Part shown: in pieces, positions 20,095 to 24,991 of the stretch
How the letters are laid out: every line of letters starts with the position of its first letter
How positions within the stretch are numbered: position 1 is the first letter of the stretch
Assembly: GCA_019561615.1 (NCBI GenBank)
Contig: JAHEQA010000046.1
Location: forward strand, 39,299-64,289
DNA: 24,991 nt
Direction of reading: 5' to 3'
DNA from: Methanothermococcus sp. SCGC AD-155-E23
GTDB lineage: Archaea > AGJL01 > Methanococci > Methanococcales > Methanococcaceae
Notes under the pieces: generated by a model
Databases searched by the model: none
The model's input: only the letters and a program-made list of their open reading frames with translations
What the model was told of the DNA's origin: nothing
Position numbers and translations under genes: made by a program

Positions 20095-20181
20095 CTTCCG
20101 TTCTGGTTATCCACAAGTAGCGGATAACCTTCCCTCTTATCTGAGGGCTTTCGGGGGAAGAGGAATTCCCCACATCTTGGG
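20095..20181. other. Cluster of GC-rich stem-loops in the convergent hisG/glycosyltransferase gap (possible structured RNA or terminator)
   Basis: GGTTATCC/GGATAACC (20105-20129), CCCTC/GAGGG (20132-20147), GGGGAA/TTCCCC (20154-20171), CCCA/TGGG (20169-20181); alternative closing stem CTTCC/GGAAG (20095-20099 with 20156-20160). Confidence 0.55.
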
Positions 20182-20200
20182 ATATCTAAATGTTACAATC

Positions 20201-21358
20201 CTATAAAACAGCCCTACCACCCCTTGATAACTTTAAAAGGGAGGTAACCCCCTCTGATCTATTCTCCCTCTCAAATCTCTTAATCATCTCCCTTATATTC
20301 TTCCTACCGTTGTAGAACTTACACAACTCCCTTAACCTTCTGGCGTTCCTGGAGTATACTGGGTTACTTAACATCTCATCTATAGCCCACTCCAAGGTAT
20401 TCTCTAGATCGATATGACTGAGAGCAATTCCACACTTTAACTCCCCTATCTTTTTACTGTTGTTCTCCTGTTCAGGGTGATAGAGATCTGGGATTGTTAT
20501 AACAGGTTTTCCAAAGCTTATAGCTTCCATGAGGGTGGAGTGTCCTCCATGACATACGATAAAGGAACACCTCCTTATAAGATCCTCCATATTGGTGGTA
20601 AGGGGTATGATCTCCACATTTGGAGCCTTTACCCTTCTAAGTTTCTCTGCAACCTCGTAACTTCCACATACCATCTTTACCTTGATACCTCTTTTTCTCG
20701 AGATCTCATTTAACAACTTTAATATCCTGTACCTGTATTCAAACCCCCCAATTACACTGAGGATATATCCCTCATCTTCCTCGTAGTCCCAGTAATCCTC
20801 TACCCTGTATCTAACTAGGGGTCCAACGAAGTGAAGGTTGTTGAGTATAGTTAAGTTGTACTCACAGATGGTGTAGGGCATTGGAAGGTCAGGTACTATT
20901 ACCCCCTTAGCCCTCTTATTTATTATATTTAAAAACCTCATAACAGGATAAACGATGAATCTTCTACTATCCTGGGATCTGGTGTAGTTCTGATTTGTAA
21001 CGATATAGAAGGGGATATTCAGTAACTTTGCAATGAGGGCTGTACTGTACTTACAGTCCACTATTATAAGGTCAGGTTTGTACCTCTTTACAATCTTTAA
21101 CTCCCTCTTTATTGCCTCTGTAGGTTTATGCTCCCTGTTGAATATACTTCCCTTAATATCAAATCTACCTTCGTACCCAGTTAATTTAATCTCTGGGCAG
21201 GTTTCAAAGACCTCAAAGTTACATCTCTTTATATACTCCATGCTTTTTCCATAGGCTATGAATTTAACCTCATGTTCCTTAGATAACTCCTCGCCTATAG
21301 CTAGACATCTCGTTGTATGTCCAAAGCCCTCCCCACATACAGATATAAGGATCTTCAT
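20201..21358 (-). CDS. GT-B glycosyltransferase, GT28/MurG-like (MJ1255/VC2487-type)
   Basis: N-terminal [10 protein letters not shown]; C-terminal nucleotide-sugar motif [21 protein letters not shown]...EQENN. Confidence 0.85.
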   Translation of the reverse strand: MKILISVCGEGFGHTTRCLAIGEELSKEHEVKFIAYGKSMEYIKRCNFEVFETCPEIKLTGYEGRFDIKGSIFNREHKPTEAIKRELKIVKRYKPDLIIVDCKYSTALIAKLLNIPFYIVTNQNYTRSQDSRRFIVYPVMRFLNIINKRAKGVIVPDLPMPYTICEYNLTILNNLHFVGPLVRYRVEDYWDYEEDEGYILSVIGGFEYRYRILKLLNEISRKRGIKVKMVCGSYEVAEKLRRVKAPNVEIIPLTTNMEDLIRRCSFIVCHGGHSTLMEAISFGKPVITIPDLYHPEQENNSKKIGELKCGIALSHIDLENTLEWAIDEMLSNPVYSRNARRLRELCKFYNGRKNIREMIKRFERENRSEGVTSLLKLSRGGRAVL

Positions 21359-21400
21359 GCCAATCCCAGTTTTATTTTTATTATCTTTATAACTCCAGTT

Positions 21401-22432
21401 CTATTTAAAATTTCCATCTACATACATCTCCAGACAGGGGTAGGGTATGTTATACCTTTCAACAGGGATATTTTTAGACCAGAGTTGTGTCTTCGCCTCG
21501 TATAGAGCCTGTTTTAAATCTCCGCTCCTTCTGTATAACTCCAAAGTTCTCTTAAGGACCAGGATATCTACGGCGACGGTAACACTACTGTTAATAGGAT
21601 CCTTCTCAAAGGAGATAACACCCTCCTTTTCAAGATCCTCTGAGGAGTATACTACAGGTATGTCCAAATACCTGGAGAGTAGTACTCCAGAGGGTGTATT
21701 CTCCTCAACCACTACAAGGTATCCACATGAGGGGTCCAGGGGAACACCTTCCAGATCCAACAACTTATATCCAAACTTAGCTATATACCTGTTATTTGTA
21801 AACTTCACATCCATATCTGGAGATCTACCTAGAACTAATATCTTCCCAGGTATTTCTAAAACGTATTTCCTGGGATATTGGCCTATAAGTCTTCTACTTT
21901 TAAAAGAGTATAACTCAACTATGCCGTCCTCTCTATAAACCCTTACAACATCCTCTGGGTCGTAGATATTTATAAAACAGTAGAGAGGTGAGTATCCCCA
22001 AGAGATTACCTCTAGGGCTTCTCTGAAGTTGGTACCATTTACTAGCACTAGATCTTTTTTCTCATCCACCCTCTTCAATACCTCCTCCCTGGTCTCCACC
22101 CTTGTAGGGCCCCATACCCTTATAACATCTCCGTAACTCTTTAACCTCTTTTCAACATCGTAGGAGACTGCCAGGGGCCCTCCAACAATAACTATCCTCT
22201 TTGGCGCAATAGCCTTAACAAGGGATTCAACAGTGGGATCTAGACGATCACCATGGGTCTGGAGAATTACCCCATCCATGTTATGTGCATACTCTACAGC
22301 GGCGATACAATCTGGCCACTTCTCGTTGGTAATAACTACTGTGTCTAGGAGGGAGGGCCTCTCCTCTCCTATGACCAGTCCCTCCACAGCAGGTAGAAGT
22401 AATAAAAAAATAAGAAGATATCTACTATCCAT
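21401..22432 (-). CDS. Secreted protein with a cell-wall-binding repeat 2 (CWB2)-like N-terminal domain
   Basis: Signal peptide MDSRYLLIFLLLLPAVEG; CWB2-like PDCIAA...IVIVGGPLAVSYDVE...RVWGPTRVET. ATG at 22432 overlaps the upstream TAA (TAATG coupling). Confidence 0.75.
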   Translation of the reverse strand: MDSRYLLIFLLLLPAVEGLVIGEERPSLLDTVVITNEKWPDCIAAVEYAHNMDGVILQTHGDRLDPTVESLVKAIAPKRIVIVGGPLAVSYDVEKRLKSYGDVIRVWGPTRVETREEVLKRVDEKKDLVLVNGTNFREALEVISWGYSPLYCFINIYDPEDVVRVYREDGIVELYSFKSRRLIGQYPRKYVLEIPGKILVLGRSPDMDVKFTNNRYIAKFGYKLLDLEGVPLDPSCGYLVVVEENTPSGVLLSRYLDIPVVYSSEDLEKEGVISFEKDPINSSVTVAVDILVLKRTLELYRRSGDLKQALYEAKTQLWSKNIPVERYNIPYPCLEMYVDGNFK

Positions 22433-23823
22433 TACTCCCACCTAAACCTGTCTGTCAAGGTCAACTTATTCACCCTGCCAATTTTGATCTTTTTTACTAT
22501 CCCTCTACTTTCAAGATCTGCCACTATCCTTGAAACTTTTGGCTTACTCATACCTGTGATACTTACTATGTCCTTCTGGGTGATCACCCCATACTTCTTT
22601 ATTAGGTTGACAATTAGTTTCTCCTCATCTGTCAGTATATGCATGAGGAATTTGTTTATGGTGTTTTCATACTCCTTTATCTTCTCCTTTAACTCTTCGA
22701 TGTTACCCTTATACCTTTCCAGGGTGTTCTTCAGGTCCTCGATAATCTTCTCCTTCTCAGAGATAACCTTCTTACTCTTCTCCAACTCCTTCATGTATCT
22801 TCTGTTTTCCTCCTTCAACAGCTTAACCCTTAACTTTATAACTTCCTCCTTGTAATCCTCAAGTTGACTTTTTAGATCCTCACAGTTTTCCTTAAGCTCC
22901 TTTATCGTCTTGTCCTTCTCTATACACTTTCCCTTTAGGGTATTCAACTGGGATATCAGTTTATTTATCTTTTCCAGTAACTCACTGTTTTTCCTTTTTA
23001 ACTCTGTGATGATGTTTTCCTTACCTTCCAACTCCAACTTAAGTCCATTTAAGTCATTGAGGAGGCTGTTAACCCTATTTGATAACTCCTCTATAGTCCT
23101 CTCCCTCTCTGCAACCTTCCTTTTTTCATGGTAGATACCGTAAAAGGCTCCAATTACCATTAACGTCAGTGCCACTAGAAGAAAGTTGTAGTAAAAATCC
23201 TTCTCTATCACTCCACCTATGGGGTTACCACCCTCTATAATATAGGACACGGTAGCTGTAAAGTATCTATCCTCCTTACTTAGACGCCTATGCCACCTGA
23301 TGTATATCCTCTTTCCATCGGTGTCTATAGTGTAATCCTGAGGGGTTATACTCAGGAGGCCCTCTGCAGGGGATACTACGGTAGCACCCCTTGGTAGCAT
23401 TACCGTCATACTGAAGTTGGCATCTACTGCAGGTATTGTCACTGAAAACATCTTTTTCCCATAGTTGTCCCAGATCATGTTTCCATCAAAACTTATGTTG
23501 ATGTAACACCTCTCCCCTTTTTTTATAGGGTTTTTAAACTTAATCTCTATCCTTGTGGAACCCTCCTGGTGATCCTGTCCTACAAAACTTATTTCCTTGT
23601 TGGAAGTTACCCTGAGGTTATGGACGGTATGAGGAAGGATATAGGTAATACTTGGTATATCCTCAGAGTTGTTGTTGTAAAGGGCCAAGTATATATCCCC
23701 ATGTACAACGTCATTTTGATCTATATCAAATACCACACTGTAGTTCTCGAACTTTATAGCCCCCAGTGTATTTACCACTAGGAAAAACAGAATAACTACT
23801 AGGGTGTACTTTTTTACCACCAT
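22432..23823 (-). CDS. Membrane-anchored protein: signal peptide, extracytoplasmic beta-rich domain, TM helix, long coiled coil, C-terminal winged HTH (COG2512-like)
   Basis: MVVKKYTLVVILFFLVVNTLGA signal; TM FYYNFLLVALTLMVIGAFYGIY; about 160 aa of heptad-like E/K/L sequence; LTDEEKLIV...TQKDIV..TGMSKPKVSRIVADLESRGIV wHTH. Confidence 0.8.
   Translation of the reverse strand: MVVKKYTLVVILFFLVVNTLGAIKFENYSVVFDIDQNDVVHGDIYLALYNNNSEDIPSITYILPHTVHNLRVTSNKEISFVGQDHQEGSTRIEIKFKNPIKKGERCYINISFDGNMIWDNYGKKMFSVTIPAVDANFSMTVMLPRGATVVSPAEGLLSITPQDYTIDTDGKRIYIRWHRRLSKEDRYFTATVSYIIEGGNPIGGVIEKDFYYNFLLVALTLMVIGAFYGIYHEKRKVAERERTIEELSNRVNSLLNDLNGLKLELEGKENIITELKRKNSELLEKINKLISQLNTLKGKCIEKDKTIKELKENCEDLKSQLEDYKEEVIKLRVKLLKEENRRYMKELEKSKKVISEKEKIIEDLKNTLERYKGNIEELKEKIKEYENTINKFLMHILTDEEKLIVNLIKKYGVITQKDIVSITGMSKPKVSRIVADLESRGIVKKIKIGRVNKLTLTDRFRWE
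22671..22820. repeat. Left (native) copy of an exact 150-bp inverted repeat
   Basis: Base-by-base reverse complement of 24842-24991; lies in frame within the coiled coil of the 463-aa gene. Confidence 0.98.
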
Positions 23824-23833
23824 TTTATTTCCC

Positions 23834-23864
23834 TTTTTTACTGCTAAGTAAAAAAATAAAAAAA
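23834..23864 (-). terminator. Putative terminator after ftsZ (T7-A-T7 plus an AT-rich hairpin)
   Basis: Minus-strand oligo-T tracts at 23850-23864; TTTTTTACT-gcta-AGTAAAAAA at 23834-23855. Confidence 0.45.
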
Positions 23865-23873
23865 GAGTAAAAG

Positions 23874-24845
23874 TTATACTATGTAGTCTATTCCCAGGGT
23901 GTTACCCTTCTTAGGTGTAGGTACTATCTTCTTTGGACCCTTCCCTTTCCCCAGTATATTTGGAGACTTCACACCTGTAACTATAGCCATAACCCTTAGA
24001 CAACCCTCCATGGAGGGATCTATCCTGGCACCCCATATCACGTTGGCATCTGGGTTGAGGTTCTCTGTGATCATCTCTCCAATCCTCACAGCCTCCTCTA
24101 GGGATAGATCTGGCCCTCCAGTTATATGTATTAAGGCCCCTGTTGCCCCTGTGTAATCCACATCTAAAAGAGGACAGTTCATGGTCTCCTTGACTACCTT
24201 CTCCACCCTGTCCCCCTTCATATTGGAGTCTACCTCACCAACCCCTATCATGGCCACTCCTCCGTTGGACATTACAGCCTTCACATCTGCAAAGTCGATG
24301 TTAATTAAACTCTTCTCACATATAGTCTCAGTTATACCCTTAACTGCATTGGCTATGATCTCATCTGCCACTTTAAATGCATCGTTTATTGGTAGGTTAG
24401 GTACCAACTCCAACAACTTGTTGTTGTCTATTACTATGACAGTATCACAGGCCTCAGTTAGTCTCTCAAGACCCTCTTCAGCCTTCTTCAACCTAGCCCT
24501 CTCTATCTTGAAGGGGTAGGTGACAACTCCAATAACTATGGCCCCCTGCTCCTTGGCTATCTCAGCCACTACTGGGGCGGAACCTGTTCCTGTACCCCCT
24601 CCCAATCCTGCAGTGACAAATACAAGGTCGGCATTTTTTAAAACATCCTCCAGTACACCCCTTGCCAACTCCGCAGATTTCCTTCCAATTTCAGGGTAAC
24701 CTCCAGCACCGAGACCTCTCGTTAAGGTGGATCCAATAAGTATCTTCTTATGGGCATTTATATGCTCTAGATGTTGTTTATCTGTATTCAGGGCAATAGT
24801 TTCTGCCCCCTTAATACCCATCTCCATAAGTCTATGGATGGTGTT
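23874..24845 (-). CDS. ftsZ: Cell division protein FtsZ (archaeal FtsZ2 type), 5'-truncated at the inverted-repeat junction
   Basis: [24 protein letters not shown] tubulin motif, INIDFADV, C-terminal GIDYIV. Recognisable sequence starts at NTIHRL; the expected upstream VVGxGGAGN is missing. Confidence 0.95.
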   Translation of the reverse strand, partial: NTIHRLMEMGIKGAETIALNTDKQHLEHINAHKKILIGSTLTRGLGAGGYPEIGRKSAELARGVLEDVLKNADLVFVTAGLGGGTGTGSAPVVAEIAKEQGAIVIGVVTYPFKIERARLKKAEEGLERLTEACDTVIVIDNNKLLELVPNLPINDAFKVADEIIANAVKGITETICEKSLINIDFADVKAVMSNGGVAMIGVGEVDSNMKGDRVEKVVKETMNCPLLDVDYTGATGALIHITGGPDLSLEEAVRIGEMITENLNPDANVIWGARIDPSMEGCLRVMAIVTGVKSPNILGKGKGPKKIVPTPKKGNTLGIDYIV

Positions 24846-24991
24846 GAAGGAGGAAAACAGAAGATACATGAAGGAGTTGGAGAAGAGTAAGAAGGTTATC
24901 TCTGAGAAGGAGAAGATTATCGAGGACCTGAAGAACACCCTGGAAAGGTATAAGGGTAACATCGAAGAGTTAAAGGAGAAGATAAAGGAGT
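24842..24991. repeat. Right copy of the exact 150-bp inverted repeat, at the window end (probable chimeric contig end)
   Basis: Identical to the reverse complement of 22671-22820; joins ftsZ at TGTT microhomology. Confidence 0.97.

Noticed and set aside
20107-20115. Perfect DnaA box TTATCCACA (8/9 match on the minus strand at 13172-13180)
   Set aside because: Archaea use Orc1/Cdc6 rather than DnaA; the match is one arm of a hairpin and there is no origin context.
20120-20185. Hammerhead ribozyme, tRNA or SECIS interpretation of the hairpin block
   Set aside because: The minus strand has stem-CGAAA-stem but AAGATGT instead of CTGATGA and no UH site; no cloverleaf or TTC loop; no neighbouring gene with an in-frame UGA.
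24846-24962. FtsZ with a novel hydrophobic, membrane-anchor-like N-terminus ([11 protein letters not shown]...)
   Set aside because: It is the antisense translation of the duplicated coiled-coil segment; the same peptide occurs in the spurious ORF 22484..22855.
22671-24991. Mobile element or invertible segment bounded by inverted repeats
   Set aside because: The repeat is ordinary coding sequence, there is no transposase or recombinase in between, no target-site duplication, and the right copy is cut by the window end.

Overview
Core-genome segment of a Methanococcales methanogenic archaeon, probably thermophilic. The assignment rests on protein families, AGG-rich codon usage and GGTGA-type RBSs. 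Gene order: 5' part of rad50 (running off the left edge); tyrA; a bacterial-type uppP; pheT; nadM with an unannotated 48-aa zinc-ribbon ORF just upstream; the rpoA2-rpl30e-nusA-rps12-rps7-EF2-EF1A-rps10 cluster (without rpoA1 in front); F420-dependent sulfite reductase fsr, divergent from cofF-fetB-like-cofD-dtdA-trkA-hisG; and a minus-strand block of ftsZ2, a membrane-anchored coiled-coil/wHTH protein, a cell-wall-binding-repeat-2 protein and a GT28/MurG-like glycosyltransferase. The last 150 nt are an exact inverted copy of 22671-22820 that replaces the ftsZ N-terminus, most likely a chimeric contig end. I found no tRNA, rRNA, CRISPR array or transposase. Best leads: the ftsZ2-linked envelope/membrane-regulator block, a related family of intergenic hairpins, the small zinc-finger gene, the FDX-ACB-like tail on TyrA, and two broken conserved operons. 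All family assignments are by eye from recalled motifs, not from searches.
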